Shown: in pieces, positions 1 to 12,700 of the stretch
Layout of the letters: each line of letters opens with the position of its first letter
Position numbering within the stretch: the first letter of the stretch is position 1
Assembly: GCA_000708835.1 (NCBI GenBank)
Contig: DF237072.1
Coordinates: 1 to 64,000 of the forward strand
DNA: 64,000 bases
DNA from: Klebsormidium nitens
Lineage: Eukaryota; Plantae; Klebsormidiophyceae
Reading direction: 5' to 3'
Notes under the pieces: generated by a model
The model's input: only the letters and a program-made list of their open reading frames with translations
Databases searched by the model: none
Told to the model about the DNA's origin: nothing
Translations under genes and position numbers: made by a program

Positions 1-383
1 ACCGACGGCCGCACGGCATGCATTGATGCTGGGCATCTGTGCGGCACCATAACCGGCAGCCATCCGGCACATGATGGGTAAGCGTTATTAAGAGCGGCAC
101 CCTATCCTAAATAGGAGCGGCGAGACCCGCTTTTTCCGATGGCTGACCAAGCTTTGGTGACGGATCCATAAGTCCCAGTGACAGCGGACAGCCTGAGAAT
201 GTCACAGCTTCTGTTTGAAAATCTCGTGATTTGATTCGGTAATTTCATTGGTCCGAGGCGGTCCGTTGATAGGTGAAATAAGCAAGTGAACGTTCTCTGA
301 TCGACCTTCAAAACGGGAGTTCCGTTGTGGCACAGATCCAGACTCTAACTAATCGCATATCGCCGGCAATATGTCAAGCTTAC

Positions 384-3011
384 CTTGGAGAAGCCTGACG
401 TCACAAGAGCATGTTGGATCGGATCATCAAATTCGGCCCCGAAGTAGTCGACGCCAAGGATGCTGACGGCATACACGTCGAGGTCGTCGATTGGAGCTCC
501 AACCATTGGAGCGAAGACGCCGGAAACTTGGAGCCTGGCGACCGTCACCCGTCTTCCGTCTAAAAGCGCCGTTTCTGTTACAGAACCTGCGTGAGGGGGG
601 CGCCAGATAAGTTCTTACCGATCTTTCCTGCATCCATGTTACGAAGGAATTGACGCAAAGAGTTGAGGAGGGCGTATCCTACTTGACCTCAGCCATAGAC
701 CATCCAGTGTGGCATCGCTACTGCCGGTTTCACAAGTTGCTGAAGTTTATCTTCATGTCGATCACACATAGAGTCATCTGATTCTGCAAAGACATTCGGA
801 TGCTTCCACGTTTTCAACCTCTAAACGTCGACATCGACATCGTGTCCTCGTTGGCACCACTTTGAACCTGAGGCAATACGTACGCGATGCCTTACTGAGG
901 CAGCTAGTGCGAAAGCGCATCACCCGGCCGGCCATGCGTCCAGAACGGAGAACATGCTTAGTGCTAGCACTTAAGATTTCAAGTCAAAGGAGTGCATGGG
1001 TTGGTGCCAGATTGGGCGGCATCCTTGTTGTCGGGTTTCAGGGGTCAATGGATTCAAGGGTTTTGGGGTTTTAGGGTTTGAAGGTGACGTAGGAAAGCAT
1101 TGGCTTTCATGAGTAGATGAAGTGTTTATGCACGGTAGAATGCATCCCAGACATTGCAACTCTATATGGCAAGCCAGATTTCCGCGGGCCCACCTGTGAC
1201 TATAGCGGGAAGCTTGACGTCCTGGCCATTGATGTTGAACACGGCAGAGTTGCAGGGGTCGACTGCTGCTTGCAGTATGATTACGTCGTAGGGTAAAAAC
1301 ACGTAGGCCGGCGTAAAGGTTCCATAATAGGATGGCGTGGTGTCTGTAGAGAATGCCAGCAGACTGCGTTAGAGTGTCAAGAGACAACGGGCAACTGCAG
1401 ACTGATTTAGTGTCCAATATCAGGTGCCTTATGGAAGAAAGTCCTCACTCCTAGTCACATAGGCTTTTCTTTCTGCAGTAATATCTGGTCAGATATAACT
1501 GACGGGCTATATTCAAGCTAGCTCTCAAAACACAAATAAGCCATAAAGGCATATACACAGGTGAACAAAAAGGGAAGCCAAAGGTATAATGGGTCCTCAG
1601 TGATCAATTGAAGGAGACAGGACAACTGAGCTTTGATGTTTTTCCCCATGTATTGCAGATTAGGCATTACGTGCAATTTGACAATCAAAGAAACTCCTCG
1701 CACAATCAAGTCTCTTTGCCAGCAACTCGAGTCAAGAGTATGATTCATGCAAGTGTTTACTTGATTTGACAGGACGGCCGACAAAGTGAATCTGGCGGAA
1801 GGAGCTTTTGCTTGTAGTTTCTAGAGACTGCCCTTTTGAAGGCTTTTGCTGTGGTATATCAACCCCTAAGTGAGGATCAAGATTCTGCAATCGACTTTCG
1901 ACCTGCTTATAAAGGCTCTCCGGGAAGGGACTCGGAACACAGTGATGGATGCAACGCCACAAAAAGGCGGCCCTTGGCTAGATCCATTGATCGGCAAAGG
2001 CTTTTATTTTGACTTGTCAGGCTGGGCGGTACACCTCCGCTTGCTGCATTTCCTCCTGAGCTGTCAATGTAGGAGGAGACAGAAGTGGGGAAGGAGAGAA
2101 GAAAAAAGGTAGGTTGGGCTTAAGTGCAACAAGAAGGAACACGCACTTTGAAACATCTGCTGGGCTTGCATGATTGAAACCTGACAGATTTCAGAGTCCA
2201 CTGTGACAGGCGTCAAGCATGAGTTTTGTTGAACTGGGCAGTCACCTACATGGTGCATAATTGACCAAAACAGGGCAGTCCACAATCATTTCAGCCACAA
2301 ACTACAAGCATCCATTGATGAGCTTGCAAGTCCTTGCCCTGGTCAGATGAGACATGCGCAGCTAGGTTTGAGACCAATGCAACACTTTCACCATCTACCA
2401 ATTGACCTGGCAAAAGGAGTAAGGGAAGGGAACTCAGAGAACAGCCTGCATTCCTGCCCTCATTCACACCTCTAGAGGAAATGCCCATCATACATCCAAG
2501 TATTTTGAGTACAGGGACTGTGCCCAGAGTGTCCTTGCAGTCCACACTACAGCAGATTAACCAGAGTTTCTAAGGCAGATACCTCTCGCCTTCCAGCAAC
2601 ATACCAAAGTTGGTAGGTTGAGGGACAAACTTCCAAGCATAATCAGCTTTAGATGCAAAGAAGAGCATGTCCAGTTTTCTTCTTTGGCAAAAATTTGAGG
2701 ATAATGGAATACATTGTAGATTAACTTAAATAAGCGGAAGCTTGCAGCTCTGAGCTGACCCTTAAATGCACAAAAGCTAGAGGTGAAAACTCAAAAAGAC
2801 AAAAAAGAAAATCAAACCTTTGGAGCTCACCGCGAGACGCAGTGCACCATGCGGTGTAGTCACTCACGACTGTGTCTTGTAACAGCCTCCGGTTCCCAGC
2901 GGAACGTACGGTTTGCGCTGCCGCCAGCTGGCTGCCAGCTGGTAGCTCCGCAGTCCTCACCTTTTGTGCTGCCAGTATCACAGCGAGGAATAGAAAGACG
3001 AGCTGCTTCAT
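384..3011 (-). pseudogene. Secreted protein gene of unknown function (signal peptide + RRLLQ propeptide); tentative exon chain carries an in-frame TGA, so possibly a pseudogene
   Basis: ATG at 3011 gives MKQLVFLFLAVILAAQKVRTA...RRLLQDTVVSDYTAWCTASR with a GTGAG donor at 2830. Candidate exons: 2605-2646 (ADYAWKFVPQPTNF), 2181-2245 (GDCPVQQNSCLTPVTVDSEICQ), 1194-1343 (TTPSYYGTFTPAYVFLPYDVIILQAAVDPCNSAVFNINGQDVKLPAIVT), 619-783 (contains TGA at 691-689), 384-574 (TALLDGRRVTVARLQVSGVFAPMVG...GFSK). Splice phases are compatible except in the unresolved 1350-2180 interval. No family recognised. Confidence 0.4.
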
Positions 3012-5129
3012 TGATGTGTGGGAGTTCAGACGTCCAGCTGACTTCCTGGCGGTCGCAGGGGAATGCTTGAGGAATGAAGAGACGTTAAGGAGAGCCATGG
3101 CCGGCAACGCGGCTGATTGCACAGTGAGCCTTTCTTGAACTCTTCTGAGCTGAGGATTCTTGATCAAGAAATGTGTTTCTGGAAGATTTTTATTTTCACT
3201 CAAATAAGGGGAATGGTGAGCTCAAGAAGGCAATCGCTTTACCTGGGTAGCGAAATTCATGGGGCTGTGTGCATCCCGGTGCTCAACTGAACACGCAAGC
3301 GTGAAAGTAAAGCTGGAGTCTGAAGATGCAGGCGTTTGATTGACAAGGGCCCAACTCGACCTCAGAAGAGGTGCATAATGCGGATGGGACGGCTTCAAGG
3401 CTTGATATACTGAGGACTCAGGAGGTATTCAACGTGAGTAGATTCACTTGCGGAGGCTCGTCAGCTCAGGGTGGTGCATTATGGTTCTTGCGTGCATTTA
3501 ATATGGTTCCTGATCTGTCGCTTGAAACTTGAAGGGGAGATATTTCAGACTGTCAGGGGGAAAGAGCTACGTGCAGCGGCCAGCCAATCAACTCCAAGCT
3601 CCAGGTCAGTTGGAAATTCCATACAAAAGATCACGACAGTTTTGAATGAAGTCTCCAGGTCTGACTTGGAGCTGGGAGCTGATTGGCTCTTGATTGGCTC
3701 TAGCTACCGTAGTTCAAGTTAACGTTTTCACGAGTCTCCACTGCAGTGTACACATCTGGATTCTGTACCCATGTACGGAAAACCCGTTGCGGGGCTTGGG
3801 CTCAGGGCTGCTTGCTAGCTAGCTAGCGTTTGAGGTTTACCGTTTCACGTGGAGCTGCATCATGCATGTACGGTACCTGGAGTTGTTACTATTACCGTAC
3901 GGTAGCTCAAACTACCGTACTGACAAAGCTGGTACGTACCAAGTGGCGATGCAGACTGGTTCGGAGAACTTTGCATGGACCGTCGAAACCTGATTTTAGC
4001 GGTTCAAAACCTGAAACTGCTGAGTCGTGACTCCTGAGTAGGTATTGACTCCCCGGCCGTTTTCGACGGGTAATAGGTATGAGGTTCGGTGCCCTGGAAT
4101 ACTTGATCTACCGGTAGTGGGGCATAAACCCTGAACCCTGCACGTGCCCGCCCCGCGTTGAGGCAAGTTGCAGCTACTGAGTCGCGTACGTCGCGATATA
4201 GTATGACTCGCGGCTCCGCGGCCGGCAGGGCGCAGGGCGGCCATGAGGATCGCGGCCTGGATCGCGGTACGTGTGTACGTGAGCTTGGCCCCGGTACTAT
4301 CGACTAATCTTATGCTCCTGTAATGCTAGAGATTATAGACTAGATATTTTGCACTCATAATTAACTATCGGTATGAGCTGTTCCGGGGCTTTTTGGCTTT
4401 TAATTTGGCAATCTAGGGCAATATTCTATGACAGTTTACGACTCAAAATGCGTCCACTGAGGACCAACAAACCACTCTTCGAAATAAATCAAAGGCTTGC
4501 AAAACCTCAAATCAACCTAAACAATATTATAACTTGCAGGACATGCATCATGCATCCAATCATTCAGTTTTCACGTTAGGTCCTACGTGGGTCCTACAGG
4601 CGGACCGCAGAACTTCGCGATGCCCAAATATCAAGCATCACTGAAGGGCTGCCATGAAGGGGTATTGTTGCCGGTCGCGCGTCGATCGTCCCAGTAATTA
4701 ATTACGACATTTCAACTGGAACCGGCCGGAGAACAAGCTCTATAGACCTTACAGACTCGAGTATTTGATATTGTATTTTTCCTTTCTTTTCCACGGGCCG
4801 TACTCCGAAGTCAATCATTGGGAGCGGGAGCAGATTAATAGCGCCGGGGGAAACGTCAGAGCTGAGATGAAATGGCAAATCTCATAAACCTCAGTGCTCG
4901 CAGATCAAATTGTTCGACATGGACACCTGATGCGTTAAAAACAAAAAGAAAGGAAAATCAATCATGCGTTAACGAGGCAAGAACTGGCACGTCGGAAGCG
5001 TTGATCTGCGCGGCTAATCAAGCAAGCGTGAGAAAGGTAACTGCACAACAGGCTGTGGAATGCATAAAGTCCGCACCCGCCCGTCACGAGGGCACGGTTC
5101 ACAAAGGGCGTCAGAGTCGTTGAATTACC

Positions 5130-8100
5130 CTGTTTCCATGACGACTTTTTTGCCAGAGGGTCCGATCGACATCTTCGCTACTTGATAAGTGACTATGGGC
5201 TACAGGAAGCGATCTACTGGACGCCACAATCTGGCTCATGCACATTCCCGCTACCGGGACTCGAGCGGGGTCTGAGCCGTCCCATATGATTCAGGTGCAA
5301 CAGTAGTAGCTAACTGCAACTTGAAAAATTATAAACATCTTCGTTTTGCCAGCTGGTCTGGCGCTATAGTACAGGCTCCTTCAAAGAAACTTGAGGGAAC
5401 GCGCTCAACGCCCAACGGGGGCCGAGAGGAAGCGGAGCCGGCACGCGGAAAGCCAGGTTTGAGAGCTTGAAGGAGACACCAGGAGTTCACGGGACAGAGG
5501 CCAGCAGGAGCATGCTGCGGTACATGAACAACTTTCAATCATGCACGCACGAGATCTCGTCGATGGAAGCGGGCAAGGATGAGCTCTTTGCTATAAGAGC
5601 CAGTCCTTAATGATACGGCTGGATATCAAACCAGGTGCTTGGATTTGCACTGGGTGGACCAAAGGCGTTCACTTTGAAGAACGGCAACAGTCATGTCCGA
5701 AGGCCATTCGACATACGCCGCAACACCAGCCAAAACCGACTTCATCACGTGCCGCTAGCTAGCTGCTGTCCCATTCTAAAGGTGCTGCACGTGGACTCGA
5801 TTTTGCAAAGATTGAGTGTACCTTCTGGGCTGCTTTTAAATAAACAAACCTGTACTAGAGGCGTCCGGACACACCAAGTCGTCTTTGACAAGTTGCTTGC
5901 CAACAAATGCGTATAAATTCTGGCCTGTTCTGCAACTGTTCTTCAGGGTTCTGGTTAAGAGACCAGCGGAACAGCCTTGTTCCATTGTTCCTCTCATAAC
6001 AAGTGAAGCACACCGGCGCGCCCTCGCGCAAGCTCGCCTTGACAAGAAGATGCCAAAGAGGATTCAGACGGAAGCGCTCGTGCCGAATTCCAACACGCTG
6101 GCAAATGGGGACTGAACGTCCGTGGGTTTGGGCCGTCGCAAATTCAGGCCAGAACTCACCGTGACCCTCATTCAGCAAGGCACCGGAAAAGCAATTTGAC
6201 GGCCCGGGACATCAGCAACCCTTCTGGAGGGCTTTAACGCTAAGCTGTAACAGGCTGAGACTGACGAATTCAATGGGATGTCGTCAGTAGTTGGCATCAT
6301 CATTGCCTTCCGTTCACTTTAAAGGCAGAAAATCGAGCGCACGGGCACTAGATGCAAGCGCGCTCAGATCGATCACGTCACGGTGTGGGCGCATGACAAT
6401 ACAACGCCGAGTCGAGATTGTGAGTCCAATGTTGCGCCGAAGCCGGGTGAATCCTGTTCTCAGAAGGGAGATGCGCAGTTGAAACGCATGATTGATCCGA
6501 TTCATGGTTGGGGACTGCTTCATACGATCAACCGGTTGACAATCCAAGTTGCGAGGAGGGCGTCAAATGAGCACCAATGAGGAGAATCAGCTTCTTGGCA
6601 AACCTGCCAATTGGCCCATGCTCTTATCATGGCCTTCTCAATTGTAAGGGTCGTAATTCAAACGTAACGTCGCGGCGAAATATGTCGTCAATCTTATCGA
6701 CGCGAGATGGCAGAATGAGCAAACACCTTCAAAAAAGTTGTTTCCTTGCCAGGCTTCCAAGTTAGCATTAGCGCACCCCCAGTGAGAAAGCTTGTAGTGT
6801 TTGAATAATAATGGCAGTACCCAGAACGGAAACTACTTCACCAGAGGTACCAGGCATTTTTCATATGTCTGGTAAAGGATGAGGCACATAACAGAGTCGG
6901 CGCAATTGCGGTCTGGCTCTGAAGCTGCCGTAAAGCTAGCTGCAACCTTGTTCAAGGGCTTTACATACTACAACGCGTCAACTCGATAGCCTGTCATCTG
7001 CAACAACCGTGGAGCTTTGCCTGCTATATCAGGCACACTCCGGCCCCCTTCACGGACAGAGAAAATTGAGCTCGGCATGGCAAGGACGTACTGGCACTCG
7101 GGAACGCCTTCCATACCGTCTCAAAAGAGCAATGGACGAGAAGAGTTGAGATTAATCATTCAGCGCCTCTAAGCAAGAACTGTTCGATGAAGGAGAGCGA
7201 GCGCTAGATTAGATTGTTGCTTGGCAAGAGCGGTTTTACGGCCGACCATAGTAACTGAAAGAAAAAGCTGCCCGGGCCCTCGTATTGAAAATGTCGCCCG
7301 ACTTTGATTGTGAACGTCTCATGGTCACGTCTGTCTCTGCGGGCCGGTAGCATCAGAGACACTTCAAAGCCATGCTTCGCTTGCGAAGTGCATCACCCGA
7401 ACAAATGGCCACATTCTTCAACAAACATCTGGAAAGGGGACGCCAAGTACAAGAGCAGTGAGCTCAGCCCACCTACCGGATGCCCATGAAGCCGGGAGCC
7501 ATTTTGGAGACGTACCGTTTTCGGTCTCCTCACGGCGCAATTTTAAATCCTTTCTAAGTTTTAACAAAGTGACGCCACTTTTAAGAGAGACGCGGTCGGC
7601 ATCGATACTATGCTTCCACCTTGGAATCAGCAACGGCTTTTTGAGAAGCTGAGAGGTCCAACCCTGCTTGGCGGAGCAATCGACTGGTCGTAGGTGGCAC
7701 AAGTTGCTGAAAGAACGTGCGTTATAATTTGCTAAACTTCGCTCAGTCGGTCAATCAAACTTGCATTTCATCTAACGGGATCACGCAGACTGAGCAGACC
7801 AAATTCGTTTCCTGATGCAAGCTTTTGCTCGCTATGTGCTTCTGACTATCCTGCGTCGCATGACGGTGCTTCCGTCAGCCGCTCTACGAACGCAAAGCTA
7901 AACAAGATGGAGAATGAGCCACCCAGAGTCCCGCTTATGCCTACAAAGACCAATAAAAAGAATTCGAACGGCGTTCCACAGATTCGAAGCACGTTGTCAC
8001 CACGAACGGATCGTGCCCAATTAACCGTGGAGTTTGAGCACTGCAGGAATAAAGGTGTGATGACATTTAGGACCTTGACAGGGCATCCGCCTTCCAAGAC

Positions 8101-9530
8101 TATCTCTTCTGATGGCGACATCCAGGTTGTCATCAGTAGAGGTTACTGGCCGCGTGATCTCCTTGCCCATATCCTTGAAACTCCGAAGATCGTCATTTCT
8201 TACTTACATATTGTTCGTTCACTCTTGTAACAGGGGACACGTGCACAATTCTAAGAAGCGAGGCAAACAAACCCGCAGCCGCTCCCTCGTTCGTTCTTGC
8301 CGTCGGTTTCAAGCATTTCGACCCTACAACTTCTTGCACCAGGTTTTCGCCTTCACAAGCAACGCGAGCAAAGCGAGCTAGACCAGGCTTGCGGCGCCGA
8401 GATGAAGACGTGCCCAAATCAGAACACGCATCAATATCGAGTCTTTCTGAAACAATAGGGCGTCAGAATTGCTCCTGGAGTGACTTGGTGGCACAGCGAG
8501 CTTTCCAATCTTCCAGAGAATCATTGCCCTTCGCACCGCTAACTTGCCGCGAAGTGGCAGGCTGTTGCTATTCGTTAAAAGAGATCTACTGTCCATATCG
8601 CCCCCACCTTCAAGCGGGCTTTTTCTCCGATCAAGGCGAAGAGGGAGAAGACTATGCTTGGCTCTTAGTACGATGCAATTCTGTGAGCACAAGTTGCAAA
8701 ACGAAGGCGTATGGAAGCTCGTAGCTACTCCTCGCAGGACATTTTAAAGGTTGAGTTGTCAGTCTCAAATCTGAAGCGTGTTTTGAAAGCCACAAAAAAG
8801 CAGCGAGTCAGCTTTTGAGGTGACTGGTTTGGACATATCGGATATGATTGTCAAATCAAACGCCTGGTGCGCATGATCACAAAGGCGTCATGACGAAGTT
8901 GTGGACACTTGATTTACACCAAGCCAAGCAAGTACTTGCAGCAGAGCCCTATTGGGGGCTTTGTACAAGTGTTCGTACATGACTCCGCAGAGGTCGACAC
9001 GTCGCGAGTCGCTTGTGATGAAGGACACGTATAAATCTTCAAGCCTGAAAGTAGCAAGTCCCGCCATAAAATACCTCTCAAGAGAACCATACTTCAACAC
9101 CTTTGCACCTTCTTGGAAGTTGGATGATAGATGAAAGATCAAGTTGAACGACGGTAGTCGAGCGGCGTCGGGCCGTTTTGTTTCTTTAATCGACAATGCC
9201 GGTGACACTTGATTCATCCAAGCTATGGTCGGCAATTGCTCCAGGTGATTGAAATCCGTTCGAAACTGGAAAGTGAGTCGCAAGGAAGGCGTCAGATGAC
9301 CGTGAACATAGCGACAGCCGTTGGCGCAGACTTGCCCCTTGGCCCGTGCTCACATCATGACCTTCTCAATTCAAAGCCTCAGTCGGAATCAAAAAGTAAC
9401 TTTCCGGCAAGGTTGTGTGTACGTCGACACGGAAGTACCGCAGGGACGAATTAGCCTCCGGGCGACAATCCTTCCCTATAGCCTCGGACCTTCTCAAGTT
9501 CTAACGCCGCGAAGAGCTTCATGAGGAGTG
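5130..9530 (+). pseudogene. Decayed coding-like region containing two diverged copies of an unidentified ORF
   Basis: Matching peptide blocks across disrupted frames at ~6210-6660 and ~8930-9380: QPFWRAL/EPYWGLC, VWAHD/VFVHD, IDPIHGWGLLHTI/IHPSYGRQLLQVI, GGRQM/GRRQM, ANLPIGPCSYHGLLNCK/ADLPLGPCSHHDLLNSK. Many stops and frameshifts. Confidence 0.3.
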
Positions 9531-9757
9531 CTTCAATCGATCGTGGAATCGTAGAGTGCGCCGGTAATGATATAAAAGGAAAAGGCCAAATGGAAGCATC
9601 TTCCGACGGTTAGTTTTGCCCACGTCTGAAAATGACGTACCGCGAGTCTGGTCAACCACTGGCCCAGCGGACTGCGCGGCAACTTTCTGGTCGATCGGCT
9701 TCAGGGACAAGTCGAGGGCGTAGCTAGCTGAAACCTAGGCTTGGAACCGTAGAATTA

Positions 9758-12700
9758 TTAAAACCTTCGGAGCCCATAGAACCGTAGAACCTTGGAAGAA
9801 TTCAGTGCGCTCTGAATGCTTCGGTGGCGCCAGCGAAGGTCAATTGAATGTTTTCGATCCGGCCATACCACACTACTAGCTAGGCCAAAAACAAAAAAAA
9901 AGCAGGCTTCCAAAGATTTGGGCACGCCGCGCCCATGTGCAAAGACATCATACGAGTCGGACGGAAGCGTCATGCACGCGTCGGATTGAACGTGGTACGT
10001 CAGTACGGTACGGTTGCACTTAATTTGCTCCTCAGTTGCAAGCGGCCTTTCAATCCTGACTAGCTTGCCGGGAAAAAATATAGGCACGAAGGTTCCTTTC
10101 GCGGTCACGTGCATGGCACTCAGTGGCTTAGGATCCAATCTTAGCCCACCAACTGATGGATTGAATTCATTAAAACCAGAATCGACATATCCTGAATTGG
10201 TAAGCAGCATCCGGTCAAATAAGAACAAAGAAGAAAGACATCAGGTTGATTTTAGGGTTAGAATACAATTCCAAGTCCATCTGCATGATTGAGGGGCAGT
10301 CCAAGTTCACTTTCAAGTTTCGTTCAAAATGATTCAATGTCCTGATCGATTAGCGGATTCCTAGCTTATAGCAGGTGTTATGAAACCAACCATGTTGTAA
10401 GTGAGCACTCCTGGCTGAGGTCCAGTGGGACATTCCAAAGTACATACTGATTGACTCTGTTCGCTTGACTATGCGCGCAGTGCAATATTGAGTTGACACT
10501 TTCTGTGACTATTTCTACTTGATTGAACGTTTGCTTCTGAGTTCTAAGCCTTGATTGGGGCCCAACAGCAGGTCTAAGTGAGCAACGGTAATCTCCAACG
10601 AAAAGATAACCCGACGGACACTTTCCGAAGGTGGTCTAGGGTCAATTCCAACACTTCAAATGCCTACCCAACAAACCCAACACGGTCCTAGTAAAACGGG
10701 CTTGTCTTGCCTGACCGTGGAGTCTTCCCTATGTTTTGACCCCGACCCGGAACCGAGTACCTAAACGTGGCATTCCCCGGGTTGTAACATGACACTCCCG
10801 CCATGGTAATTGACGCATTTATGGCTACCAGCCTCCCTAAAGGCGAGACAGTCGTGCTATCATACGGGCTCCGACAGAATACCGGAACGCTAAAATTACC
10901 GAACTGAACGGGCAGTGTTTGCCAGGCTTTGACGTTATATTTGAAACCAATCCGGTCGTATATGGGCACGACCAGGGGCACTTTCTTCTTGCCCTGGAGC
11001 ACGGTGGAGTTTCCGGACAGATTCCGTGCCCACGTGTCCGATGTCGTCACGAGCATAGCAACCCCGGCGCAGCACCGTTGCAAAACGGACCTGCAGATCC
11101 AGCCACAAAAGCTTATGATTTTCATCGTGTTACGGGGTTGTCCGCCCTCTCTGCCTTAACGTTTCTGTCTAACTCGTTTACTTGTCAGACGGCACGTATA
11201 TTGTCAGCTCAGAATCCGGTCCTGGATCCCGACCCTCGCTCTCATTTGGTTATCCGTTGGCATCTTCTGCGCTTCTAAGGCCAGGGCTTTGAGACGAAGA
11301 ACAGTCAAGATCGAATCTATTTTGGAACTGTGGTCAGGCTACGGAAGCCCCCAAAGTAAACTTCTTATAATCACCAAGCAACAGAAAGTGCGACCGCAAT
11401 TTTTTTAAAGATCGAGACCAGACTGATAATGATCCAACATTGGCAGCCCAGGTCGTATGAGAGGACAGAACGGCAGTATTCATCCAACCGTCAAAGTCTC
11501 GCAGTCCACGGACCCTTGAAAAAGCTCGTGCATCCAAAGAGCAAACTCTAATCGCACAGGCCTCAAATTCTAGCTACGTCTCGGCACAAATTGAGTGGGC
11601 GCCGTATTCCCGCAGGTTCAGAGCTCAGAAGCTGTTACCTGTACCCAACTTTGCTTCGGACCCAAAAACCGCCATCCTTGAACCGTGTTTGCTCTTTCGT
11701 AACGAGCTTTTTCAGTGCGTCAGAATAAAACACAGCCCTTAAAAATTCAGAAAAACCCAAGAAAAACGTCAATAACTTTTCCATGGAAATGAGGTGCGTG
11801 TAACTGAACACTGACCTTGACAGCACCCGAGCCTGGGTTGCGGACGTCACCACTCTGGTTGTACGCAATAAAGCGGTCCGAGAGCGCGCCAAAGACGAAG
11901 TCATGGTCCGAAATGGACGTCAGTTCGGCGTCAGAGGAGTCGAAGATGCTGCACAAGAAAGCGTTTTGAGGAGGTTAGCATTCCAGCTCCCTGAATCTCA
12001 GATTCATAGCTTGTATGAGGCAAAGTCTGTGCAGAAAGCGAAGAAACGGTAGGTGTGGAAAGGCTATGACGTCACCGTCAAAAGGGGAAAGAATGCTCAA
12101 AGAGAAGAACCACGTTTCTTTTTTATGAAGCCTGTCTGGGCAGAGTGAACTCCAAGTCAATCGAGACGAGCGAGCGAAAACGTAACTCGCTGCTCTTCAG
12201 AATGACGATGTTAGGACAAACGAATGTCCTAACAACCTAGGAACGGCTTACCTTCGCAGACCTGCTGCGAAGGAGGCCTATGCCCTGAGAGTTTTCGTGT
12301 TCTGGATGCGCTCAAAGTGACGCAAGAGCTTTTACAGAAACCACAGCATTTGCAACTCTTCTCGTCTAACAGTCTCCTTGTCTGAAAGGAACAGACCCGA
12401 TGCTCGGAAATGAAGGATACCAAACAAGCGTTCGGACCGCAGCAACATCACGACGCATCCAACTGCGCTTCTTCCTACGAGGGAGGCATAGCCGCAGGCA
12501 CGAAAAGCACCACAAGTGTCTTATCCTCGCTGTGACCACTCCTTTCGCAACGTATTAGACAAGACCCAAAAGTTGACATTTGAATCTGGTCCGATGAGTA
12601 TTGAGAAAGGGGAACTCACTAGGCATTTGACGCAGCCGTGTAATAGAAGAAGACTCCGTTCAGGTCAAGCGTCCTGCTTCCGTTGAACGGAACCACGTAA

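Noticed and set aside
3800-4400. GCTAGC/GTAC palindrome-rich intergenic patches (also ~24230-24800, ~48900-49700, ~58740-59400)
   Set aside because: Similar flavour but no alignable shared sequence found, so an element could not be defined.
5085-5110. CCGCCCGTCAC resembling the SSU rRNA 3' region
   Set aside because: Only ~11-14 nt match, with no flanking rRNA similarity.
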